Source: Flaccisagitta enflata
Taxonomy: Eukaryota
Direction of reading: 5' to 3'
DNA: 64,000 nucleotides
Assembly (NCBI GenBank): GCA_965153355.1
Contig: OZ231126.1
Span: 43,090,001-43,154,000 of the forward strand
Position 1 is the first letter of the stretch. Each line of letters starts with the position of its first letter. A model generated the notes under the pieces. The model did no database searches. It saw nothing but the letters and a program-made list of their open reading frames with translations, and was not told the DNA's origin. The position numbers and the translations under genes were made by a program. Shown one piece after another: positions 23,046-35,376 of the stretch.

Positions 23046-25781
23046 TTACTCTATGGATGGAGTGTGGATGGGGATATATTGTCTTTTGGATGGAATCCAT
23101 GGATACTTATGTATTTCGGGTCTAGTCACTAAATTGCGAATCCCCCTTTGAAAATGAGCTAGTCAAATTTCATTTCATTGAAGTGCTACTTCCCACTTCA
23201 GTGCAATCCAAAGCTACTTGTATTCCTACATAATAAGAATCTAAAATAACTTATAGTTTCTTTTTGGTCTGTAACAATCAAATCCTTTCCCTTTTAAAGT
23301 ATTGTAAAATTATATTATATTATATTGTCAAATTATATTAATTTCCAAGATCCTCATGATATACATGATCTTAGTGTAGATTTTATTGATTCCACTATTT
23401 TACAAAAATATTTCCACAATGTTCCAAAGATGTTTTGATTTTGATACTAAATGATACAGTTGAATCCCGCTCTAACAGATTTCAGGCAACCAATAAATTG
23501 TATTTGTTATTGGAGGAATTTTATTACAAAAAACTGATGTTTTGGGACAGTTTTTAAGGGTAAGATATGCTATTAGTATGAATTTCATTGATGTACTCAA
23601 AAAACATGCATTAAAGGCGAAAAACGAGAAACTGCAATATGGAAACAAGATCAAGTGCAAACTTTCTAAAATAGCGTAAAAATTGTGTAGAAACACCGAA
23701 AATTGAATCAGCACAGTGCAAATGATCAGCATACATCAATATCAGTCTGGATTAACCAAAAAACATGAAAAAAGAGGGTTTTTTTTAGTAAAAAACACAA
23801 TTTTCTACATAAAAAAATGTTTCTAATTTTTTTGGCTCAAGTTAGGTCAAAATGAATATCCGAATTGTGTTCTACAGCCTTTTTAGGTCCCCTGTGCAAA
23901 AAAACTGTGATGTGTCCATCTTTCTTTTTTTTTCAAAACCCTTAAAATTGAGATATTCTATAACCAGAATCCTGACGGACAGCCAATATATGAAATGAAA
24001 AAAATTGATTGAAGGAACCAAAGATAGTTGTCTGTTACAGACAGAATTCCCTTAGGAGAGGGTCCGTTAGAGTGGGGTTCAATTGTATTCTTATCTCCCC
24101 TGCTTTCAATATCGAGTGTTACCAGCAAAACCTTTATTGCGTCTAAAGTATTTATTTTTCAGAAATCCGGTTGGTTTTGTCTGAAAGCACATAACTTACC
24201 ATTATTACATAGAAAATTTCGTCATGCTGGGTCTAGCGGTTTATTGTTCACATGTTTTTGAAATTTGATGAACTTTGAGCAAAATTTGCCAAAAAAAACA
24301 CATTTTTGAGTGATTTTATATGTATGAACCCTTATAAACTTTGAGCATCATGAGCTGGAATGACCAAATAAGTCATGTATAGTCAATAATTGACACTTAA
24401 TTTGTATCATTTTAGCTTTTCACCATTCTATAAGAATTTTGATGCTGAATTACAGTTGTTGTTATTTGAAACCTGCTCAAACTTCAAAAATTCAAAGGAA
24501 AACCCAGATTTTCTATATAGATTTCAATGATTTGGTATTCTTCTACAGAGATACATAAACTGAGACTAATATCCTTCTTTCAAGACAAATCTGGCCATTT
24601 TTGCTTGATTCGTTAAGAAATAACAATGATTCAATGTCACAGTGTCAGTTAATCAATTCTTAAAAAATCCGCCAATGGGGTTTATCTCATTTTCATTCAA
24701 AATAATATGGAAGCCAAACAGCTTGAGCCAGTCCTTTGAAATTTTGCATGAACAAATGGTAGGTTATATGCTTTTTGGCAAATCCTACCTGAATTTCCAA
24801 AAATATATACTTTAGACGCTATAAAGGTTTTGCTGGTAACACTCGATATTGAAAGCAGGGTAGAGTGCATGGTATTGATTTTTTCAAGTAGAGTCTTTTT
24901 TTTTTAGATAAATAGTGATACTCACGAAATGGATAAATCGAAAGGAATTTTGCCGCGTTTGGATAGGGCAATTGAAGCGTTTTCATGAAGACGTTGCTGG
25001 CGAAGTGCTGACAGTTGGAATCGGCCAAATGATAGCTCTCAAAAAGCTGATTATCCCTATGAATCCACTTGATGATATCGAAAAGAGACGTATCCTGATC
25101 GTCAATCGAAATATCGGCGACTATCCTGAGGGAGTCCAAGTAGCTCCGCTCCTCTCCATCTCTTAGGCGCCAAATGACCGGAGATCCGAAGCCAGTTTTG
25201 TTTGAAGGGGGACAAGACTGGATGAGGATGAAGGTAAGTCCCTTTTCCAAGGTTGAATGAAATCCTAGCTGAGTCTCGATGTCAATAAAATGATGCGTTA
25301 CCGACTTGCTAAGAAAAGGAATCTTGCTTAGCACGTTGAGGGGAATTGTGAAGACTTTGACACGGGCGATTTTATCAAAAAGTGGAGAGGATTGATTGAT
25401 GGTACATAGGGCGTTGGCCTCGTCCCCTACAACGGCTTCCAAGTCACAGAATTCGAAGCGATTTACCAAAGTGTTATTTTTGTACTGAGTGTAAACGAGT
25501 TTTGATTGCCAGTCGTCGCCGGCGATGGCGCTGCGTGACGCCGAAGATCCCCGGATGCTTTTGACGAAACGCTTGAGTCCCCAGAAACCGACGACGAGAT
25601 TCGTGGCGATTGAGCACGCTCCGACGAGCAACCAGACTTTCCCCACGCGGAAGCCGTCCAATTTAGCGGCAATGGCCTGACCTCCAGCCCGAATTTTTTC
25701 TAACAATAGAATGCTTTCTTCAAGCCGAATTCTCTCTGCCAGACGAATTCTTTCCGTGTACCATCTCATGAATAGTCCCAT
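20964..25781 (-). CDS. Three-exon gene (join 25781-24926, 22999-22851, 21896-20964; 1938 nt, 645 aa): putative membrane-anchored permuted papain-like (PPPDE/LRAT-like) cysteine hydrolase domain fused to a 6-bladed Kelch beta-propeller (KLHDC1/2/3-like)
   Basis: Exon lengths 856+149+933 give 646 codons including the stop, with no internal stop. Junction 1 is TTTC|GTGAGT ... (TC)n AATCTAG|GC (phase 1/1, codon CGC). Junction 2 is CAG|GTACAA ... ACTTTCAG|GTA (phase 0/0). Start taken as the first in-frame ATG after an upstream stop; a further 5' exon cannot be excluded. Confidence 0.75.
21906..22528 (-). mobile_element. HINE family B, full-length, inside intron 2 of the Kelch-fusion gene
   Basis: ~60-bp subterminal inverted repeats (21988-22050 / 22470-22523), 20-bp array GGGCCATTTTGCTTAGATTT, family B tail ending ~9 nt from the 3' splice site. 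Confidence 0.8.
22851..22999 (-). CDS. Exon 2: linker and start of first Kelch blade (KSAPPRQQLFNLRPRLADNWYSACHSFPVGSGFVGGVIGNRLVLWGGGQ)
   Basis: Not in the ORF track. Open frame ending in the Kelch-type motif GNRLVLWGG, AG acceptor preceded by a (TC)n tract, GT donor; phases fit both neighbouring exons. Confidence 0.8.
23457..24085. mobile_element. pogo/Tigger-type MITE (expanded by an internal insertion) in intron 1
   Basis: Same TIRs as 13931-14086, TA flanks. Confidence 0.7.
24098..24860. mobile_element. MITE with ~60-bp TIRs in intron 1
   Basis: CCCTGCTTTCAATATCGAGTGTTACCAGCAAAACCTTTATTGCGTCTAAAGTAT and its near-perfect reverse complement at 24807-24860. Confidence 0.8.
24926..25781 (-). 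CDS. Exon 1: hydrophobic helix (aa ~49-69) plus permuted papain-like/NlpC-P60 domain (PPPDE/DeSI- or LRAT-like)
   Basis: Long non-repetitive ORF containing VTHHFIDIET (His163/164), STLEK and YHLADSNCQHFA (Cys257). This His-before-Cys order is characteristic of permuted papain-fold enzymes. Strong donor GTGAGT at 24925-24920; the ORF-track tail beyond it runs into a MITE terminal repeat. Confidence 0.8.
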
Positions 25782-25975
25782 TTCATCATGGGAAATCTGG
25801 GCATTGAGATGGAAAATTTCCGTTTCAGATTCTTTCTTTAATTCATATTTACCATCAATGGATCAATCGTTATTTGGTAGCACGAGGAAACTCAGTGAGC
25901 GACAGAGAATTAGTCGATTCAAATCTTTTGCGATGAGACAGTCATTTCTCCACGTATCTATATCTTTCAAATTGC

Positions 25976-26172
<197 letters not shown>

Positions 26173-26330
26173 AGGTCTTTAGAAGAACTTATCAGTCATA
26201 TATGATCATATGCTTGCAAATCAGTTTCGATATAAAAGTTGCATGACCTACTTGATCAAAGATTTATAGAAGCCTTCAGGAACTTATCCTTAACCGAATC
26301 AACTACTTTAAGTTGGAGGTGTGAATGACC

Positions 26331-27615
26331 AAACAAGGCCGGATACACGGCTACCCCAGTTGCGTGAGGGTGGGCACGGGCTGTATTTGAGGTCACTTGA
26401 TCATTTGGGCAGAAGCAGGCCGAAGTCCGCAAAAAACTAAAACAGGTAGCCCAAGGGCAATATGTGGTCAGCGATACCCGTTGCCCTGCTTTGCATGATT
26501 GTAAATAGGAGTGAGAGGAAGCAGTGCAGCGGCCCTAAAGGGACAAAGTCCTGTAGAACACAGGGGGACTTTTGTTCATCCATCCATCCATCTGTCCGTC
26601 CGTTTCCCCCAGGCAGATTTAGGGCTTGAACAGGTCGCCCAAGGGCAATATGTGGTCAGCGATACCCGTTGCCCTGCTTTGAGTGATTGTGAATTGGAGT
26701 GAGGGGAAGCAGGGTAGCGGCCCCAAAGGGGACGAAGTCCTGTAGAACACAGGGGGACTTTCATTCGTCCTGCCTGAAGAAGTGGATGAGATGCTATAGA
26801 CGGCTTACTGAAGGCCTTCAAAAGCCTAAACTGAGGTCTATGAAGGCTGATGAAAGGCCCCAGAATGCCAATTGGAAGCTTGAGAGGGCTGACTTGGGTT
26901 TGATAGAGCTGGATTAAGGCTTGAAAGGTCAAAGGACTGATTTGAAGCTTGAGAGCAATAAATTGAGACTTAGATAGCCGATTTGAGGCCTAAGAGGCCT
27001 AATTTGAGGCCTGAGAGGCCAGGTTTGAGGCCTGAGAATTTGGATAAGAGGCCTGAGAGGCCAGTTCCGAGCCCTGAGAGGTTGGATTTGGGGCCTGAGA
27101 GGCCGGATTGGAGGCCTGAGAGGCAAGATTTGAGGCCTTAGAGGCTGGATTTGAGGCCTGAGGAGCCAGATTTGAGGTCTCAGAGGCCAGATTTGAAGCC
27201 TGAGGGGCCTGATGAAGGGGGGACTAACAAACGGACGAATGGACGGACGAACGAAAGTCCCCCTGTGTTCTACAGGACTTCGTCCCCTTCGGGGCCGCTA
27301 TCCAAAAGGCAGATTTCAGGCCTGAGAAGGCAGATTTCAGGCCTGCGAGGGCAGATTTTAGGCCTGCGAGGGTAGACTTTAGGCCCCATAGGGCAGATTT
27401 CAGGCCTGTTAGGGCAGATTTCAGGCCTGAGAGGGCCGGGGGGGGGGGCCGACAGACGGCCGGACCAACGAATGAATGAACGAAATTCCCCCTGTGTTCT
27501 ACAGTACTTCGTCCCCTTTGGAGCCGCTGCCCAAAAAGTAAAGTGTGACGGACGGATCAATGGACGGACGGAGCAGCTAAGCGGGGTGTAGAATCGCGTA
27601 GCACGCAACTAAAAA
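26331..27615 (-). mobile_element. HINE A2 (26331-27615) containing two nested family B copies (26441-27537) with 21-bp arrays
   Basis: A2 halves rejoin across an A-run; two B tails (26441, 26629) and two B heads (~27305, 27537). Confidence 0.75.
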
Positions 27616-28059
27616 GTATTTCAGAAATGCTGCATTGACTCTGTGAGATAAGGATTGCAAGACGGGTGGGCAGGAGTGAAATAGCGAAAAAACGCTAACA
27701 TTTTGTTTTGGTCTGAATGTAGAGCCATGTTATGTGCACTTAAATACACAAATGAGGGAGCGATGTAAAAATCAGTAGTTAATCATAAGTTAATCACTAA
27801 TCAGCGGTTAATCATAATCATAATCGAAGTAGGTCCCGTCGCAGCCAAAATGAAACAAGCTATTGAAACCTGACCAAGTATGTTTCAGGTTGCAAGCAAG
27901 CCAAAAAGAAAAAAAAGAGTGGACATTCACCACTGTCATCAAACCGAGACCTGTTGGAAATAGTCAATCTAAAAATATAAAAGAAGTCGAAGAAAGGACG
28001 TTTGCTTTCACAGGAAATGGAAGAGTAATCACGATCGACTGGTGGCCAAAATATTAGTA

Positions 28060-28236
28060 CAGTCGAACCCCGCTCGAGCGAACCCGCTTTTAACGGAATT
28101 CCGCCTACACCAGATATAGATTTTTAGTCCCTTCAACCTGTTTTCTTTTATTGCCCATATTGACTGTAACAAAATTATGCTTATAACAAATACAATTTGT
28201 TGGTCCCTTGATATCCGTTAGAGCGGGGTTTAACTG
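28060..28236. mobile_element. pogo/Tigger-type MITE
   Basis: CAGTCGAACCCCGCTC / GAGCGGGGTTTAACTG, TA flanks. Confidence 0.8.
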
Positions 28237-28297
28237 TATCATCGGAAAATGATCTTTAAGTCTAGAAATAGAGCCAAACTGACTTTGTGATAATTTA

Positions 28298-28342
<45 letters not shown>

Positions 28343-28805
28343 CGACTGACGCATATACATTGAGAACTTCAGCATGGGGCATCCAACTGTGAGATAAATG
28401 ATGTCAAATGACGAACAAAAGATCTAATCGAATGGTGAGTGAATGAAGAGTCATTTCGAGACGCAGACAGACAGCGGGACCCATATGGTACTCCATCACT
28501 CTTTTTTTCTGTTTTCCATCCAAGCGGGATCCGCAGTTTTTCATTCTCAGTAACAAATTTGAACGTTCGGAATCGAAAACAATCTGTTATCAGTAATTGA
28601 AGGTTACATAATGGAGAGGGGGAGGAGGTGGAAGTCCATGCAAAATAAGTCTGGGAGGTGCCATAGTTTTCTTGTTTTTCTTCGCACTGGAAAATCTGTC
28701 TCTGATTTAGAAATATGGTTAAAAGAGGAAGCTATCTAAGCGAGGGCTGAGGCAATTATGGAAAAAAGAAAGAAAAGGGAGAGAAAGAGGAGGAGGATTA
28801 CGGAA

Positions 28806-29072
28806 AGAGCAAGGTGGGGAGGTCGAAGCGGGTGAGGACAAGGTGGGTGAAGACAAGGTGGGAGAGGGCAAGATGAGTGAAGACAAGGTAAGGGAGGACA
28901 AGTTGGGAGAATGCAAGCTGAGTGAAGACAAGGTGGGGAAGGACAAGATGAGTGAGGACAAGTTGGGAGAGTACAAGGTGGCCGAGGACAAGGTGGGTGA
29001 GTGGGAGACGCAGGAGTGGGGAAGGCAAGGTGAGTGAGGACAAGGTGGGTGAGTGGGAGACGCAGGAGTGGA
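28806..29072. repeat. Purine-rich 15-bp minisatellite (GAGGACAAGGTGGGT) ending in a ~36-bp duplication
   Basis: Direct reading. Confidence 0.8.
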
Positions 29073-29414
29073 GGGGGCTCGGAAATGGTCGACGAGGCTG
29101 ATGATGATGATAATGATGATAATGACTACCTCGTTATGAGAAGGTGAGAGGGCGGATGGGCGTCAACGCGGGTCGAGGAGGCGTGAACAGGCAAATCCCG
29201 CGAATCCCGGTTTACAAAAGGCAGTTGTTCACCGGAAATGCTCTTTCCATTTCCTCTACCGCGCGTCTGATCGCGTTTGGGCGGGTACAACCACAACAAG
29301 AGAAAAAAAAAAACAGAAAAACAGGTCAATGATACCCGTTGCCCTGCTTTGCATGGTTGTAAATCGGAATGAGAGGAAGCAGGCTGCCCAAAAACTAGTC
29401 ATCCATGGATCGCA

Positions 29415-29747
29415 CTTGGTCAGCGGTACCCAATGCCCTGCTGGAAGTGAAAGTTGAGCAAGCAGGGCAGCGGCCCCAAAGGACCGGTGTCCTGTAAGAC
29501 ACAGGGATGAGTTTCCATGTTATTCAACGGGAATTTTTGCATCTTTCCAATTTTCTGTCAATTTTCCAAATTATTCAATGGGGATTTTTGTATTTTTAAG
29601 TTTTTGTCAATTTTCCATGTTATTCAATGGGGCTTCTAGCCTAAGGAGGTGGGGGGGACGGACGGATGCACAGACGGACAGGAGGATGTACGTATGGATT
29701 TGCCTCCTGTATCCTACAGGACATTGGACCTTTGGGGCCGCTGCCCA
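29415..29747 (-). mobile_element. HINE family B copy
   Basis: Tail TGGTCAGCGGTACCCAATGCCCTGCT and inverted GGGCAGCGGCCCCAAAGG arms; interior related to 4860-5150. Confidence 0.7.
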
Positions 29748-30073
29748 GAGAGAGAGAGAGAGAGAGAGAGAGGAAGGAAGGAAGGAAGGAAGGAAGGAAG
29801 GCAGGAGGGAAGAAAGGAAGGAAGGAAGGAAGGAAGGAAGGAAGGAAGGAAGGAAGGCAGGAGGGAAGAAAGGAAGGAAGGAAGTAAACGTTGGGCTCCA
29901 ACCTTCACGAAAGAAATAAAACATCTCGCTTTTTTGTCGTAAATATTCAGCTAATTTTAGCCCCATCTTCTTAGTAAAATCCTTTTCTTTTCTAGCTTGT
30001 ATTTTGTAACAGGAATGTAAAAAATATCTCAGCATCAATTGGCGCAAATATCTATACTTTTTTTTCTAGGTTA

Positions 30074-30519
30074 CTACTCGACTCAAAAAAAAAGCCGCAC
30101 CCTATTTTGAGTTGATGTATAAGAAAAAAAAATTATTTGAAAATTTTTCTGTTAAAGTGATTTGAAAGATTTTTGAATTTTCTTTCATTCTAGACCAATC
30201 CCAGATCTGTATCTCAAACAGTTTAGGAGCTAGAGCTCTGCAAAGATTAGCACTATTTTGGTAAAATGCACTTTTTTTATAGAGATTGCGAAACTGAAAT
30301 AAACAACATTTTACTCAAACTAATGCCATTTCTAACAAAAAGAATGCTTAATACCAGATTGGCAAATGAAAGATCTTTTCAAGAGCTTTCTAATGGTCTA
30401 AGATTTTTGAAATTTATTATGACAATTTATTATGAAATTTATGAAATTTATTATGACAATTTTTCATCTAAAAGTGCGGTTGTCATTTAAAAGTGCGGCT
30501 TTTTTATTGAGTCGAGTAG
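30074..30519. mobile_element. Tc1/mariner-type MITE, 446 bp
   Basis: TIRs CTACTCGACTCAAAAAAAAAGCCGCAC / GTGCGGCTTTTTTATTGAGTCGAGTAG, TA on both sides; a diverged opposite-strand relative spans ~30563-32170. Confidence 0.85.
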
Positions 30520-30667
30520 TAGAGAAGCTTTTTTCTGATGAAAGAAGCTTCATTTGAGTGTTACACCATCACGCGGATAAAAAAGACGCACTTTTAAATG
30601 GCTAATTTTACCCATAAATCTATGAAGAACTAATTGAAATCTTAGACCACATGAAAGCTCTTTGAAG

Positions 30668-32008
30668 CACTGGTGCCCACAGAGTGGAAAAAAGTTCAAG
30701 GTCAATGACCAGTGCCGCCACCCGGTTTTTTGGGTCACACCTTATGTGGGGGGATGGTTTACGGCCAAAATCAAATCATTCTTGGAGCGCTTTTTGCAAA
30801 AAGTGCAAAATTCAAGATTTTTGGCATGATTTTTTATGAAAAAGATTTTAGGTTGGTTCAACTTATTTTTGGATAGCATAATGTTATTCCTGATGAAATT
30901 CCCTTTAATTTGATAGGTCACACTATAGGGTTTTGAAAAGAAATGAAAGTTTCATCTTTTATGCTACCGTTACAAAAATCATAACGGTGGCCTAAGAAAT
31001 GAAAATTGTATTTCTCTTTAAAACCCTATAGTGCGACCTATCAAACAAAAAGGAATTTTGCTTGGATTAACAATATGCTGTCAAAAAATAAGTCAGGCCA
31101 ACCTCTAAAATTTTTTATGCAAAATCAAGTTAAAAATCTTGAATTTTTCATTTTTTTAAAAAAGGGCCCCAAGGATGATTTGATTTTAGCTAGAAAACAC
31201 TTCCCCACATTGAGTAGAGCCTAAATAGTCGCAAAAGCGTTAGATGGTCAGCGGTACCCGTTGCCCCTATGTGAGTGTATGATGGTGTGAGGTAGTTAGA
31301 GGGGCAGCGGCCCCGAAGGGGCCGATGACCTATGCTGTTTTTATTTGAGCTTCAAAGCTTGAATTAGGGGCTCGAGGCTGGCATATGAGCCTTGCAGCTG
31401 GAATTTAAGCCTTGAGGCTGGAAATAGAGCCTCTAGCTGATATTTGAGCTTCAAGGCTGGGATTTGAGCCTTGAGGCTAGAATTTAGGCCTCAAGACCAC
31501 AATTTGGGCCTCGAGGCTGGGATTTGAGCCTGGAGACTGGGATTTGAGCCTGGTGACTGGGATTTGAGCCTGGTGACTGGGATTTGAGCCTGGTGACTGG
31601 GATTCGAGCCTCATGACTGGGATTTGAGCCTCGTGACTGGGATTTGAGTCTCATGACTGGGATTTGAGCTTTGAGGCTTGGATTTGAGCCATGAGGCTGG
31701 GATTTGAGCCTCACAGCTAGATTTTGGGCCAATTGGCTGGAATCTGGGCCTCAAGGCTAGAATTTGAGCCTCAAGGGTAAAATTTGGATCTCTGGGGTGA
31801 AATATAGGGCTTACAGCTAGAATTTGGGCCTCGGGACTAGAATTTGGGCCTCGGAGCTGGGGGGGGGGGGTACGGACGGACGGAGAAGGAGAAATTTCTG
31901 CATATGTGAAAGCATAGGTCATCGGCCCCTTCGGGGCCGCTGCCCAAAAACCAGGTGGGGGCACTGGTCATTGACCTTGAACTTTTTTCCACTCTGTGGG
32001 CACTAGTG
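30668..32008. mobile_element. Chapaev-like (CMC superfamily) non-autonomous foldback element
   Basis: CAC...GTG termini, ~60-bp TIRs, 4-bp TSD GAAG (30664-30667, 32009-32012), palindromic interior centred near 30976. Confidence 0.8.
31225..31950 (-). mobile_element. HINE family B with 20-bp array (GATTTGAGCCTGGTGACTGG)n, inserted in the foldback element
   Basis: Tail TAGTCGCAAAAGCG..TGGTCAGCGGTACCCG, inverted GGGCAGCGGCCCCGAAGGGGCCGATGACCTATGC arms. Confidence 0.8.
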
Positions 32009-33203
32009 GAAGGTACTCTTATCTGGCGCCAATCTAATATTGCTATCTTTTTTCTTTTAGAAATAAAAAAAAATGAAGTGAAAACATTGTCTATTTCGCA
32101 ATCCCTATGTAAAGATACATTTTAGCAAAGTAGTTCTTGTCTTTGCAGGGCTCTAGCCTCTTAACCGTTTGTGCGTGTGTGTCTTCAATGAAATGTGTTT
32201 ATCACTGAAATGCAATGTGATGTTATGTCTCAAAAGAAAAGATAACAAAAAATCAATGTTTAATTCTTTTAGTTCTGGAACTGGTATCGTTGATCTTCAT
32301 TCTCAATGCAGTGTTCACACTTGCACTGGTTCAAACCCTTACTCTTAGTCAAAAATAAGCTACTGAACACTTTTTGACGGTCTCAACCAAGAATGCGGTA
32401 GGCGGTCGTGAAGCTTTTGATGCTTTGGATGCTTATAAGCTTAAATGCTGGTGGCAGAGCAGAGATTAAAATGGTTTGATTTTAGCGTCTTTGGAAGACG
32501 CGGGAAAATGGCGAAAGAGAACAAAGAAAAATGGATGTCAAAACTGCTGAATACCTGTTAATTGGCCCAAACAGAAAGAGAGAAGACAAAGCCATGTCGT
32601 TAGTGCTGTTGCGTGTCTCTAGTACTACCTTGGTGAAAAAAATATCTGCTCTAAAAACTTAGAGGGAGGCCTGCCACTGAAAGTATTGAGCAATGGATCC
32701 CAGATTGGTCGCATTTGAAAGGATTGATGCAACTCTTTATAATGAGACCAATCTGGGGTTGATAGCCTTAATCGTTTGGAAATAGAACTCTTTCTAAGTT
32801 ATTCAGATGGGAAGATTTTTTTCCACCAAGGTGGTAGAGACTCTCTCCCTAATGATATTCACCTTTATCTTTGAGACATCAACTTACCAAATGCCTAAAG
32901 AAAGGTGGAAGAATCCATGCCAAAAAAGTAATGAAATATATAAATCAGAAATAGGATCAGGATTTATCAAAATCTACAAACTACCGAAGACCCTGAAGGC
33001 AATGCTTGTGTCCTTGACGACCCTTTAGTCGTGGTCACGCGACACTTTACTTTGTTGTGTGAAGTGAGACAAATTGTGTTGGTCCGTCGGTCACCCCCCC
33101 CCCCCGCCTAGCCGTCCAAGAACGGGGAGCGTATATCCGACTTTATTCATACTCGGATTCGCTTTACAATTACTAAGTAAAGATGAAGGAGATGGAGGTG
33201 AAA

Positions 33204-33836
<633 letters not shown>

Positions 33837-35229
33837 TCAAAGGACTGACTGAGGGCGCAGCTGAGGTCAGGCAAACATATCGAGAAAAATTTGAAAAGAG
33901 AAACATAAAAAAATAGGAGGCAAAGGAAATAGAAAAATGCATGATTGATGGCAAAAAGAAAAAGAGAGGAAAATGAAACAAAATGCGATGAAGAAAAAAG
34001 GAAAGGGATAAAGAGAGGATTTATGTTCTGAGCTTTTTGCAGATAGTTTGGAGTTTTTAGGCATCATCAGTCAGCTTGTATCAGAATCAGTTGATGCAGA
34101 GAAATAGCCATGCAAAAAGGACATGTACTTGACATATTTTTGCCTTTGATTTTCATTTTGATCCATGTTGATTTTAAAGGTTTTATCACATTCAATTAAA
34201 GTCAGTGCTTCATTTTTCATCATAGACATTGAGGAACTCAAATATAGGAACTATAAAAGCAGACAGCATGGGTAGAACAATGCCCGATTGCTCATAGCAG
34301 TGCAATTACTCCATCATCTTCACCCCCAAAACATCCTTTTTTTTTCTCTTACTGCATTTTTAAATTTTGACTCATGCACCTTCATTTGAGTGTAATTTCT
34401 AAACGAATAAAGCTACAGATGTGGGATTGCGCTCAAAAGAAAGCCCTCGAAAAAAGCTTCAATTTGGTCACCAATAAATCATATCTCAAGTGAACCAAAG
34501 GCGCAAAAATTACCTATAGAAAAACTTGCGTTTTTTTTAATTCGCGTAGTAGAAAAATGCATGATTGATGGCAAAAAAGAAAAAGAGAGGAAAACGAAAC
34601 AAAATGCGATGAAGAAAAAAGGAAAGGGAGAAAGAGAGGATTAAAGTCAGAGATTTGAACAGATAGACGGACGTTTAAAGGCAGACATGTCAGTCACGCT
34701 TGTTGACAGTTATTTTGCACATACTATGCTGTTTTTATATTTTGGATGACGCGTTTTTGACCGAAATAGTGATTTCTGAGCATAATTGCCCCTGCCTAAC
34801 AAAATACATTGAAGACCCTCATACTAGCAATACTGCTCCTGCTGACTTGTACTACTGTCCCTGCCCACCCACAAGCGACTGCTTAGTGAGTATCCGGCAT
34901 TGTGTCTGTACCTAATTCTGTACTTAATCGTCCTTATCATTTTCTGAAGTCATAACCCTCTTTTTTGATTTTTCGCGCCCGCCGATTTCACATTTTTCGT
35001 CTCAATAATAAACTCCGTGTTATTAGAAAAGCATTCGTGTGCGAAATGAAGATTCTTCTCGTACTTGTTTCTTTTTTTTCCTTTGCCTACTGATACTGTT
35101 TTTTGTTTTTTTGTATTGTTTTTTTGTTTTTTTGGTTTTTTTTCTTTATCTTTATTTTTATTTTCATCTTTTTTTTTTTCTATTTCTTTTTTCATTTTTA
35201 TTTTCATTCTTTTTTTTTAATTTTCTTTT

Positions 35230-35376
35230 TTTGTTTGTGTTTGTGTTTGCGTTTGCGTTTGCGTTTGCGTTTGTTTTTGTTTTTGTTTTTGTTTTTGTTT
35301 TTGTTTTTGTTTTTGTTTTTGTTTTTGTTTTTGTTTTTGTTTTTGTTTTTGTTTTTGTTTTTGTTTTTGTTTTTGT
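35230..35376. repeat. Hexamer array (TTTGTG)/(TTTGCG)/(TTTTTG)n
   Basis: Direct reading. Confidence 0.95.

Noticed and set aside
24819-24925. C-terminal 34 aa of the 320-aa ORF as constitutive coding sequence
   Set aside because: It follows a consensus GTGAGT donor and runs into a MITE TIR, so it is most likely intron.
29890-30050. Minus-strand protein-like stretch (LHSCYKIQARKEKDF...)
   Set aside because: Short, no recognisable motif or splice signals, and bounded by an SSR and a MITE.
30668-30700. CAC terminus as a RAG recombination signal or Transib end
   Set aside because: No CACAGTG heptamer with a 12/23 spacer and nonamer; the TSD is 4 bp rather than 5 bp.
31380-31860. Regular 20-bp repeats as a CRISPR-like array
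   Set aside because: Units are head-to-tail with no unique spacers, there are no cas-like genes, and the context is a eukaryotic transposon.
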